DNA from: Candidatus Micrarchaeota archaeon
GTDB lineage: Archaea; Micrarchaeota; Micrarchaeia; Anstonellales; Bilamarchaeaceae
Direction: 5' to 3'
Assembly (NCBI GenBank): GCA_038046805.1
Contig: JBBSVO010000006.1
Location: forward strand, 103,314-167,313
DNA length: 64,000 nucleotides
Below are positions 56,048 to 64,000 of this stretch, piece by piece. Numbering within the stretch: position 1 is the first letter of the stretch; each line of letters opens with the position of its first letter. Under the pieces are notes generated by a model. The model was given only the letters and a program-made list of their open reading frames with translations, was not told where the DNA came from and searched no databases. Position numbers and translations under genes: made by a program.

Positions 56048-56334
56048 CTCGGTTCCCAGACAACCTCTACTACGACGTCTTTGACGCCCTTAAGCTTTTT
56101 GGTCTTCTCCTCGCAATCACTTAGGATATAACTCAAAAGCGGACATGCGGGTGTAGTGAACGTCATTTTTACATGGACGTTTTTGGTATTTTCATTTTTT
56201 CCGCCCTTGCGCGAGGTCTGTACAGTTTTTTCTATCAAAACATCATAAATAAGGCCCAGGCTGACAATATCCACTCCCAGTTCGGGGTCCATAACATGTT
56301 TCAGTGCATTTAGAACTTCCTTTTTTGTGACCAT
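55993..56334 (-). CDS. DUF59/MIP18 (SufT-like) Fe-S assembly protein
   Basis: 113 aa. VLNALKHVMDPELGVDIVSLGLIYDV and TTPACPL motifs. Confidence 0.8.
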   Translation of the reverse strand: MVTKKEVLNALKHVMDPELGVDIVSLGLIYDVLIEKTVQTSRKGGKNENTKNVHVKMTFTTPACPLLSYILSDCEEKTKKLKGVKDVVVEVVWEPRWTPDLMSEEAKIKLGMV

Positions 56335-56418
56335 TCAACCAGCTGTTTTTTTTGACCTGTTTTGATTTCCTGACGCACAATATTAAAGCTTGCGTTACAA
56401 ATTAAGTAGGGGGATACA

Positions 56419-56811
56419 ATGAAAGAAATAACTATTATAGCAAAGAACGCACTGGGCTCATTGGCAGTTGTTTCCGAGGCATTGGGAAATGTCGGGGTAA
56501 ATATAGAAGCTATTTCTGCATATGAGAAAAATGACCGGGCTGTCTTTCGTCTTTTGACCAACGATGTTAATACTACGATGAAAGCTCTTTCAAAAGTTCC
56601 GGATGTAACCGCACGTTCTGAAGATGTGATTGTCCTGAGGCTTGTAAACAGGCCGGGAGAGCTTGCCAAGATTACGAGAAAACTTGCGAATAAATCTGTT
56701 AATCTTGAAAGCTTATACATCGTCAGCAAGGCAAGCGATTTCACAGAGGTTGCCGTAAAGCCTTCAGAAGCTGATTTTGAGAAAGCGAAGGGAGTGCTGG
56801 GGGTAAAGTAA
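56419..56811 (+). CDS. ACT-domain protein
   Basis: 130 aa. Two beta-alpha-beta-beta-alpha-beta-like halves (ITIIAKNALGSLAVVSEALG...; VLRLVNRPGELAKITRKLA...). Confidence 0.6.
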   Translation: MKEITIIAKNALGSLAVVSEALGNVGVNIEAISAYEKNDRAVFRLLTNDVNTTMKALSKVPDVTARSEDVIVLRLVNRPGELAKITRKLANKSVNLESLYIVSKASDFTEVAVKPSEADFEKAKGVLGVK

Positions 56812-56868
56812 TTGTCTTACTGAGTCGAGGATCGTCTCGCGTTTTGAGTTCCGCGCGAAACTAGCAAA

Positions 56869-57609
56869 TCATCCGCTCGCTACTGCCGCCTGCGGTCTTG
56901 CAGCTTCCATTGCTCTTGCTTCCATATTCTCGTCTGCCATAACTGCCCCTCTTGCAAGAAGTTCGTTTACAACGGCATCTGCCATACCTTTGGTATAAAC
57001 GCAAAGGATCGGTTTCCAATCTAACAGAGCTGCAGTTCTAATCATTTCATTAACGTGCACTCTGGCATTAACTCTCGTTTCCTTTCTTCGACCAATCCAA
57101 TTCCCAAAAATTCCGCCTGCAACAGCACCGATAACCATAGAACCAACGATCAATAAGCCAGGGTCTGTCTGGCTTTGTAGTTGTGTGTGTTGTACATACA
57201 ATAGATCTATCATAAGACCCGTGACAACTCCGCTTGTCAGGCCTATGCCAAGATATTCCATTACATCCACACGCAGGTCTTTATTGAGCGTGAATCTGTG
57301 GCTGCAATCTGTGCTTTGCTGGATATGCGGACAAGCGAATCTCCCACTGTCCATTATTATTTCCAGAGTTTTATCTTTTCTCGGCGCCTCGTACAAAAAA
57401 GCCTTTGACATTCCGGCACTTCTCCCAATCGCGCTAACCAGTCCGGATGGTAGCCCGCCATCATCGTGTTTCGGAATCTGCGAAACCCCTACAACCGAAA
57501 TCAATGCGCCAACGGGCTCATACATCAATTTCCTGCAGGTTGCGAATGGTCTAGCTATCTTCCTCTCAGCAAACGCTGTAGTTCCCGTTGCAACTTGTCC
57601 ACGCATCAT
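56869..57609 (-). CDS. Hypothetical membrane protein
   Basis: 246 aa. Two central hydrophobic helices. Lies 21 nt downstream of the 522-aa gene on the same strand. Confidence 0.5.
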   Translation of the reverse strand: MMRGQVATGTTAFAERKIARPFATCRKLMYEPVGALISVVGVSQIPKHDDGGLPSGLVSAIGRSAGMSKAFLYEAPRKDKTLEIIMDSGRFACPHIQQSTDCSHRFTLNKDLRVDVMEYLGIGLTSGVVTGLMIDLLYVQHTQLQSQTDPGLLIVGSMVIGAVAGGIFGNWIGRRKETRVNARVHVNEMIRTAALLDWKPILCVYTKGMADAVVNELLARGAVMADENMEARAMEAARPQAAVASG

Positions 57610-57630
57610 GGCTTCACCATATATTTCGTT

Positions 57631-59199
57631 TTATTTTTTCGCATCTGGCCCTGGCTCAACTTTCGTGAATGGCACTGTTGCAGTTACGGTTCCAGCGTAT
57701 GGTCCCCAACTCATGCTGAATGCGCCTTCATCAAAGCTGCATTGCGTTTGTGCAGCATCTCCCTTTGGAGTGCTTACAACCAATGTCGCGCATCCGACAT
57801 ATTCCGTAGGAACCCCCGTATCTGCCACCACGCCTTCTTTTGGTATCGCGTGAAGAACTGATACGGTCACAGTTTTCCCATCAGTTGTCGGTATTCCAGT
57901 GCTTGTACCTTCTGCGAGTACCCAGGTATAATCGTTATTTGCATATGTCAGCTCTACCCCTGCCTTTGGAACCTTGCAATTCGGATTTCCATGAACCGGA
58001 GAACCAACAAGAACAGTTACAAAGATAACCTCTGTTCCAGTGCTGATAACATAATTCTCCGCAAGTGATGCGCTGCCCCAAACCCAGCTTGCGCCATCTA
58101 TCGCATCAAACTTCATCATCAGGTTTCCGTTTTCATCCCGGGTTGCCTTATATGCTCCATCTGCTTGCTGTTCACAATCCAGGCTCACGAAAACTGCAGC
58201 ACCTGTCATCACTCCGTAAAATTCGTGCTCTGAACTGCAGTCCTTTTCATCAAAAACCAATCGTTGCGGAACTGCGCCCATAGTTGTACCAAACGCTTCC
58301 AGTACACCCTTTTGCGTATAAGTCGCGGTTCCCTCAAACTCATTCTTTACCTCGTACGTCCCGAAAAGTTGTGTTTTCAGTTCATCCTGAGTACCCTCAA
58401 GGTGAATAGTCACGGTTCCATCCGGATTTTCATCAATCGCGGATATTTTATATGCGACTCCATTGTATTCAAGGGTTCCTTCAACATAAACTGCGGCATC
58501 TGTTGCATCCGGCCCGACCTTTATCTGATACATTTTCGTAATCATGCTTCCGCCGCATTCCTCTTCAACCACCGGAGGCTGCGACGTCTCTATTGGTGTT
58601 GAGGTGTCTGCTCCTACATATTGTTCGCCATCTACAGTTTGTGGCGGGTACGAAGTATCCGCTCCCTGTGGTGGTTTTCCGCCATCCGTCCCACCCTCGG
58701 TAGTATCTACCTGTGGTGGAGTTGTAGTCTCTTCATCAGAAACAACTCCATCCCCGGTCTGAGATGGTTTTGCATCTGATTTCGAATCGGGTTTTGGCGG
58801 TGCGTTTCCATCTCCAGTTGCTGCTGAACCATCCTTTCCAGAAACAACATCCAAATAAACATCAACTCCTGCCCTTGGATTTGTAGAGCATTGATCTCCT
58901 TTACAATCCTTTGCAACTGCATCTCCCTGGGTAAACCCTCCGCCATTAACATCTGCAATGCATAATTCTCCCTCGCATTTCGGCTTGTCAGCGGTTGACG
59001 AAGAATCAGGGCATGCTGCAAGAGTTGCTCCTGATAATGCAAGTCCTACTGCAGCCCCAAGAGCTTTTCCTGATTTTTGGGAAGCAATTTTCCCAACTTC
59101 CAACCCAAGACCTCCAAGTTCTGCCTTGAATGCTGCCCACCCTTTGGAAGCGCCTTCTCTTAATTTTTGCCTTACAGTTGCATAGTTCATCAAAAACAC
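57631..59199 (-). CDS. Secreted lipoprotein-like protein with Thr/Pro/Gly-rich linker and beta-rich domain
   Basis: 522 aa. N-terminal hydrophobic stretch ending in the lipobox-like LAAC, then a low-complexity linker, then a large beta-rich region. Confidence 0.6.
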   Translation of the reverse strand: MFLMNYATVRQKLREGASKGWAAFKAELGGLGLEVGKIASQKSGKALGAAVGLALSGATLAACPDSSSTADKPKCEGELCIADVNGGGFTQGDAVAKDCKGDQCSTNPRAGVDVYLDVVSGKDGSAATGDGNAPPKPDSKSDAKPSQTGDGVVSDEETTTPPQVDTTEGGTDGGKPPQGADTSYPPQTVDGEQYVGADTSTPIETSQPPVVEEECGGSMITKMYQIKVGPDATDAAVYVEGTLEYNGVAYKISAIDENPDGTVTIHLEGTQDELKTQLFGTYEVKNEFEGTATYTQKGVLEAFGTTMGAVPQRLVFDEKDCSSEHEFYGVMTGAAVFVSLDCEQQADGAYKATRDENGNLMMKFDAIDGASWVWGSASLAENYVISTGTEVIFVTVLVGSPVHGNPNCKVPKAGVELTYANNDYTWVLAEGTSTGIPTTDGKTVTVSVLHAIPKEGVVADTGVPTEYVGCATLVVSTPKGDAAQTQCSFDEGAFSMSWGPYAGTVTATVPFTKVEPGPDAKK

Positions 59200-59290
59200 C
59201 TCATATAATTAGATTTTGTAACATCCATTATTGTGAAGGAACATTTTTAAACATGAATCTGGACATCAACATTGATTCATTGGTGTATTT

Positions 59291-59686
59291 ATGCCTGTTC
59301 AGGATGTTATACTCGATACAAATTTCCTTCTCGTGCCTTATCAGTACAGAATAGACGTTCTCTCCGAGATTGAGCGCCTGTTGGATTCAAGGGTTCATTT
59401 CATCGTCCCTACGGGCGTTATTGCGGAATTAAAAAAAATATCCAAGGTACGCGGTTCACAGGGAATGGCAGCCAAATTTGCACTCAAGCTTGTTGACGCG
59501 AACAAGCTGGCGCATAAGCTTTCAGTTCATCATTCAATTGGCAGCGTGGATGACTGGATCGTCCATCTCGTGCATTCCAAAGGTTCGATCATCTGCACAA
59601 ACGACGTGGAATTAAAAAAACGGGCAAAAAAGATTGGGGCTAAGATAATCTCAATGAAATCACGGAGCAAGATAGGTATTGTATAA
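59291..59686 (+). CDS. PIN-domain nuclease, Fcf1/Utp24-like
   Basis: 131 aa. VILDTNFLL, VPTGVIAELKK and ICTNDVELKKRAKK match the archaeal Fcf1-type PIN pattern. Confidence 0.75.
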   Translation: MPVQDVILDTNFLLVPYQYRIDVLSEIERLLDSRVHFIVPTGVIAELKKISKVRGSQGMAAKFALKLVDANKLAHKLSVHHSIGSVDDWIVHLVHSKGSIICTNDVELKKRAKKIGAKIISMKSRSKIGIV

Positions 59687-59689
59687 AGT

Positions 59690-60034
59690 TTGCATAATCT
59701 ACTGCGGTTGGTGTTTACACAAATGTTGCTTGAAATCTTCATTGGCACGATAATCATCGCACTTGCGCTTTACTCAATCTGGAAGTTAACCGAGTCGCCC
59801 ATCTCATTCAATAATAATATCTCTCGCGGTAAAAACACCTTGAACATTGAGGCAAAGAGGGACATAGATTATTTGGTTATTCTGGATAAAATCGGAAAAG
59901 CGCAGCATATTTCATTTGTCCGCAGGAACATAAAGAACGGAGAAACACTGGAATTCACTTATCCAGCATCGTCCCATACTGCAAAAATAGTTCTTGAATG
60001 CAAAAACAAAACTTATGAATTCGAGGTTATTTAA
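59690..60034 (+). CDS. Hypothetical small membrane-anchored protein
   Basis: 114 aa, with a single N-terminal helix LLEIFIGTIIIALALYSIW. Confidence 0.45.
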   Translation: MHNLLRLVFTQMLLEIFIGTIIIALALYSIWKLTESPISFNNNISRGKNTLNIEAKRDIDYLVILDKIGKAQHISFVRRNIKNGETLEFTYPASSHTAKIVLECKNKTYEFEVI

Positions 60035-61143
60035 TGGCTGAGAGCAAAGGAAATGCCAAAATGCCAATTTTGCTTTACCGTGGGGAGCATTTTGATTCAA
60101 ATTTTTTCTATTCTTCCGGAGTTGATCTAGACCACTCATTTTTTCTTTCAAATCCCCGGGTTCTTTTTGTTCCGAAGCTTAATTTCACGCTTGCCAGAAG
60201 ATTGTTTTCCGGACGGGTTATCGCTTATTCGAATGTTTCCGAGGTTTTAGGAAAGTTTATACGGAAAAAACAAATCAGAATGCTCGGAACAGACTTCCGT
60301 TCTCTTCCGGTTTCGGCTTATAAAAAACTGTCAAAACTAGCGCGTTTGAAGGACTATTCCGAGCAGTTTTTGCTCGTTCGCGCTAAAAAGCGGAAAAACG
60401 AAATATCAAAAATACGAAAAGCAGTTCAATTTTCAAAAAAGATTTTCTCAGAATTGGAATCTCGGATCCATCATATGAAGACCGAAAGCGACGTGCGCAG
60501 CTTTCTTCTCACCCGCACGCTTGAACTGGGTTTAGAACCTGCATTTGAACCCATTACTGCAAGCGGCTCAAATTCGAGATTCCCACATTACCAGTCCGGG
60601 AATAATGCGAAGTTGCACGATATGGTTTTGGTGGATTATGGCGTGCGATACGAACATTATTGCAGCGATTTAACCAGGTGTTTTTTCCTTAAGCACGGTA
60701 CAAAAGCAGAGAAAACCTATTTGGTTATGCAGGAAATGTTCGCGGATATTATAGATAATTTCCCAGATTTCGTCTCAGGAAAAGATCTCGCGGTTTTCAC
60801 TGAAAAATTATACGCGAAGCATAGTCTTCCACTCCCGCCGCATTCAATAGGTCATGGGATCGGACTTGATGTTCATGAATACCCCCGACTAAGCAAAAGA
60901 TACAAAGATCTGCTCGTTGGAACAACGATGGCGATTGAACCGTCTGCTTATTTCAATTCATTTGAAAAACGCAGCTTGCGGAAACCCTGCACTTCAGTGC
61001 TGGGAGGAGCGTTTTTCAAAAGCTTTGCTCTTCGGCCCTTGAAACCGCTGCCTTTAGGTTGCGGTGGCCGAATGAGCAAATCATTCGGGGTCAGGTTTGA
61101 GGAAACAATTGAATTCAACGGAAAAAAGGCGAAGGTTTTATAA
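60034..61143 (+). CDS. M24-family Xaa-Pro aminopeptidase/prolidase-like, carrying a 41-codon insertion
   Basis: 369 aa. Metal-ligand region HSIGHGIGLDVHEYP, then MAIEPSAYFNS[41 aa]FGVRFEETIEF. Without the insert the EP...GVR.E spacing is canonical. Confidence 0.8.
   Translation: MAESKGNAKMPILLYRGEHFDSNFFYSSGVDLDHSFFLSNPRVLFVPKLNFTLARRLFSGRVIAYSNVSEVLGKFIRKKQIRMLGTDFRSLPVSAYKKLSKLARLKDYSEQFLLVRAKKRKNEISKIRKAVQFSKKIFSELESRIHHMKTESDVRSFLLTRTLELGLEPAFEPITASGSNSRFPHYQSGNNAKLHDMVLVDYGVRYEHYCSDLTRCFFLKHGTKAEKTYLVMQEMFADIIDNFPDFVSGKDLAVFTEKLYAKHSLPLPPHSIGHGIGLDVHEYPRLSKRYKDLLVGTTMAIEPSAYFNSFEKRSLRKPCTSVLGGAFFKSFALRPLKPLPLGCGGRMSKSFGVRFEETIEFNGKKAKVL
60958..61080 (+). other. In-frame 123-nt double-hairpin insertion (MITE-like element or BHB-type intron candidate)
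   Basis: Flanked by direct TCATT (60958-60962 and 61081-85). Hairpin 1 is TTTGAAAAACGC (60961-72) / GCGTTTTTCAAA (61009-20), perfect 12 bp. Hairpin 2 is TTTGCTCTTCGGCC (61024-37) / GGCCGAATGAGCAAA (61066-80). Confidence 0.6.
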
Positions 61144-61175
61144 TTTGTTCAGCGTCTAATCTTTTATTATTCTTC

Positions 61176-61226
61176 GCAGGGATAGCAATCCGCTTGAACT
61201 GATGTTCAAATCTTGTCATCCCTGCT
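61176..61226 (+). pseudogene. tRNA-Leu fragment (5' 13 nt plus 3' ~22 nt of the adjacent gene)
   Basis: GCAGGGATAGCAA...GTTCAAATCTTG-TCA-TCCCTGC matches both ends of the intact tRNA-Leu 39 nt downstream. D-arm, anticodon arm and variable arm are missing. Confidence 0.7.
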
Positions 61227-61264
61227 TTAGGTATTTATTCGTACCTATCCTAAATTCATACTAC

Positions 61265-61388
61265 TGCAGGGATAGCAAAGCCTGGTCAAATGCGCAGGAC
61301 TTAAGGAGCCTTTTGACTTCTAAGTAGGTCTGTGGTTTCGGAAATCCTGTCGCTTAGTGCGTTCGCAAGTTCAAATCTTGCTCCCTGC
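61265..61388 (+). tRNA. tRNA-Leu (TAA) with canonical 37/38 intron (38 nt)
   Basis: GCAGGGA-TA-GCA...TGC-G-CAGGA-CTTAAG[61305-61342]A-TCCTG, variable arm, then GCAAG-TTCAAAT-CTTGC-TCCCTGC-A. Anticodon at 61301-61303. Mature length 86 nt. Confidence 0.85.
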
Positions 61389-61580
61389 ATTTTGTTTTCA
61401 TCTGAGTTCTTCGGGTTTTTCGTGAGGAAATACCTCATGAACTACCTTCCGTCAGTGAAGGTTCTGACGTAAGATCTATTTAAGCCCTGGCCTGAGGCGA
61501 GTTAGACGATTGCCTAATTAATAGTAGTCCAACGAGTCATGGTGCTTATTTTTAAATCCTTTGAACACTAATATACTTCA

Positions 61581-63187
61581 ATGCACACAACTATGTCTAG
61601 ATCAAGAGAACATAGAGCCGACCATGCAGGTAACACCAGCCATAAACAATTTGTCAGACCAAATCCAATGTTGTCGTTTTATCAAGACCCAGAAAATCCA
61701 AACTGGACTTATTTTGGAACAGGTTCTGCAGGTGCAAAAGCAGACTGGCTTTATGATAAAAGTCCGATTATAAGAGCTAATGGTTTTATCGAAGATCCAA
61801 GAACTGTTCTTAGAATGGGTTTGTTCGAAGATCATAGAAACAGAAATGGTTTAGACCGAGCGATTAGAAACCCAGAGATCTTAGGGCACTTAGGAATCTT
61901 ACACTCAACAGTCCTTTTAACAAAAGGGAAGTTGAAGTTCTAGAGTATATCCTAGATCGTATTCCAGAAAAAACCCCCATGGTCGTGCGTTCATCGGCCC
62001 ATGGAGACGCTGCGGGAACTGGATTTTACGATAGTGTTTTTTATATGAAAACTGGAAATAAAAAAACAGACTTAGCAAATCTCGAACTAGCAATAAAAAC
62101 CGTTCTTGCAAGTGAATTTTCACAAAGAGCTTATGCTTTTAGACAAAAAAGAGAGTTAGATCATGGCGTTGCAGTCATGATCGAACCCGCTTTTGTACGA
62201 GATGTGACCCAAGAAGTTGTTGAAACAAATCACCTACGTGAATTGGATAAGGGTACGTACCTTTCACCTGATATTTCTGGTTTTGCATATACAAGTACAG
62301 AAACTGGCCGGGGGTTTGCCGGGGTTGTACTTGGTTTGCCAACTTCTGCAGTAGCGGGCAAGGGCGCAGTAATAACTATCAGACATTCTGATAACGACAG
62401 CTTATTTGGTCGTGTACCTTGGGATACGCTACCACGATTTCAAGATTTAGTAGATCAGGCAGTCGTCTTTGATACTAGAAATGGCCAGTTAAGCGCTGCT
62501 GGGTTTTATACAGAAACAGCGCATTATGAGTTAGACAAATTATTTGGACCATTACTTGGTCTAGAACGAGATATTGGAGAACCGATTTATGCTGAATGGG
62601 CTTTGAGACGAATAAAGGGGCAGGTAGAACGAGCGATTTTGCAAATTTCGGGAGTTTCTAGATCTGATTATTCTGTAGTTTTTCCAGCAGATCCCAAAAA
62701 TATTTTTGCAAGTGCAGAATTTGTTCTGAGAAGCGGATGTGAAGATTGTCAGGGTATATTCTTCTTACCTGATACTGTTTCGGCCAGACAACTTGCAGAA
62801 TTTAATAAAACCCACAAAGGATATGTACTAGTGGCAGATTACAAATTCTTTTCAGATGTACGTGGTCAGCATGATTATCTTGCACCAAGAGTTAATGTTT
62901 TGAGGGATTTCCATTTAGACTATGGCCAATTTGATAATACATCTGCAATTCTTGTATGCGGTCCACCTGAAGCAAAAAATTCCGTAAAGGGACACTTCGA
63001 AGGTGCCTTAAAAGAAGCACAAGTTGTTGGCGGATTTAATATCGGTATGGTTGACTACGTACGTGAACGTCTTGCTTCATTGATGGGTTTGGAAAGAGAA
63101 GGACTTGACGGTAAGAATTTTGTTAATGGAAATATTCGGGCAATTGCAAGTGCGAAAGAACAGAAAATGTTACTTATTTTAGGTTAA
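61581..63187 (+). pseudogene. PEP/pyruvate-binding (PPDK_N, ATP-grasp type) domain protein, frame broken once near 61868-61880
   Basis: The downstream ORF has the VVRSSAHGDAAGTGFYDS motif. Its frame is open back to 61868 and reads ...LEYILDRIPEKTPMVVRSSA. The upstream ORF (61581-61943) supplies the N-terminal part in another frame. Confidence 0.6.
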
Positions 63188-63465
63188 TTTAACCGTTAAA
63201 TTTGTTTATCATAAATCTTGCAAATTTTCAACTTTTTCTCATTCGATAAGCTTAGTTTTTGCTCGAACTTCTTCGAGAATATATAAAGGGATGGCGAGTT
63301 CCATACCCTTGAAGCGTATCTCTTGCGAGTTCAACATCTGAAAGGCTACATTTTTCTGTTTTTCAAGTATGACAATTCTCCATACTTCAAACGATCCGGG
63401 CGTTAATTCGCTTGAGTTCACTCAGAAACTCGTGCAGAAGTATATTGATACCAAAGCCGTAAAAG

Positions 63466-63850
63466 TTCGTGTACATGATTTCGTTAATTCTATTCGTGCA
63501 CACGGTTTTTTGACCCTTAAAACTTCGTGTGTTTCGCCTATTTTCAAGTTATAAACAAGCACACGAAAATCACACGAACTTAGGCGATCTGGAATCCACA
63601 ACACGCAAGAAACGGCGTTCTGGCGCATATATTGGTGTGTGTGAGTGCTGAGTGAAAGCATGAGCACACGATCAAACACACGACTTCAAATGAATTAAGG
63701 CGTAGAACACACGAAGTCGCTAGTTTTTCCGTTCCTTGATGGAGAGAGTGAGAAAGAAAGAGAGTTAACACCTATTCTTGCATTATAAGCAAACACACGA
63801 AAAACACTCGACTTCGCTCGGATTAAGCGTTAGAACATACGAAATCAAGC
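63466..63850. repeat. Iteron-like field of CACACGA heptamers
   Basis: Exact CACACGA at 63560, 63571, 63665, 63677, 63708 and 63794, with an inverted copy at 63525-63531, plus one-mismatch variants. Two ~45-60-nt longer units (63674-63720 and 63791-63850) are related. Confidence 0.75.
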
Positions 63851-64000
63851 GAATTGGCTACACTGAATAGATAGAGAGATAAAACTAGAAAAACGTTTTA
63901 TCCAATCCTTTCTCAACTATTTTCTTGAGAAGCAAATTCTTGACTTCTTCGTCTTCAATAAGGATATTCATTAGTTCATTTGGTTTCTTGTTCGGATCAA

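Noticed and set aside
61410-61470. Possible C/D box sRNA downstream of tRNA-Leu (GTGAGGA ... CTGA)
   Set aside because: The box sequences are degenerate, and the C'/D spacing (2 nt) is incompatible with a 10-12 nt guide. It is more simply a hairpin ACCTTC/GAAGGT.
63239-63679. Short minus-strand ORFs (60 and 85 aa) next to the iteron field
   Set aside because: They have a GTG start or low-complexity Cys/Phe-rich translation and overlap the repeats, so the evidence to call them genes is insufficient.

Overview
This window is an archaeal chromosomal segment, AT-rich by eye, with about 60 protein genes packed on both strands. The archaeal call rests on archaea-specific genes: PolD small and large subunits, Orc1/Cdc6, archaeal DnaG, membrane LonB, AglB oligosaccharyltransferase, ApgM, archaeal-type AspRS, DUF373 and UPF0147. 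Interrupted genes and intron-laden tRNAs suggest a small-genome, DPANN-like archaeon, but that is inference only. All four tRNA genes (iMet-CAT, Ala-TGC, putative Arg-TCT, Leu-TAA) carry introns. The three neighbouring ones share the same non-canonical T-loop intron site, and two of them have a second intron. Other highlights:
- LonB is interrupted by a 496-aa LAGLIDADG intein.
- A 123-nt in-frame double-hairpin insertion sits inside an M24 peptidase gene.
- Three co-directional giant ORFan genes end in a secreted protein with eight 4-Cys modules and 21 consecutive N-X-T sequons.
- A lipoprotein carries ten cysteine-rich repeats.
- A small HNH nuclease gene is preceded by a GC-rich structured leader.
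- A tRNA-Leu fragment lies next to the intact gene.
- A dense CACACGA repeat field occupies the window end.
- Two genes are broken by single frameshifts.
I saw no rRNA, CRISPR array, transposase, integrase or reverse transcriptase.
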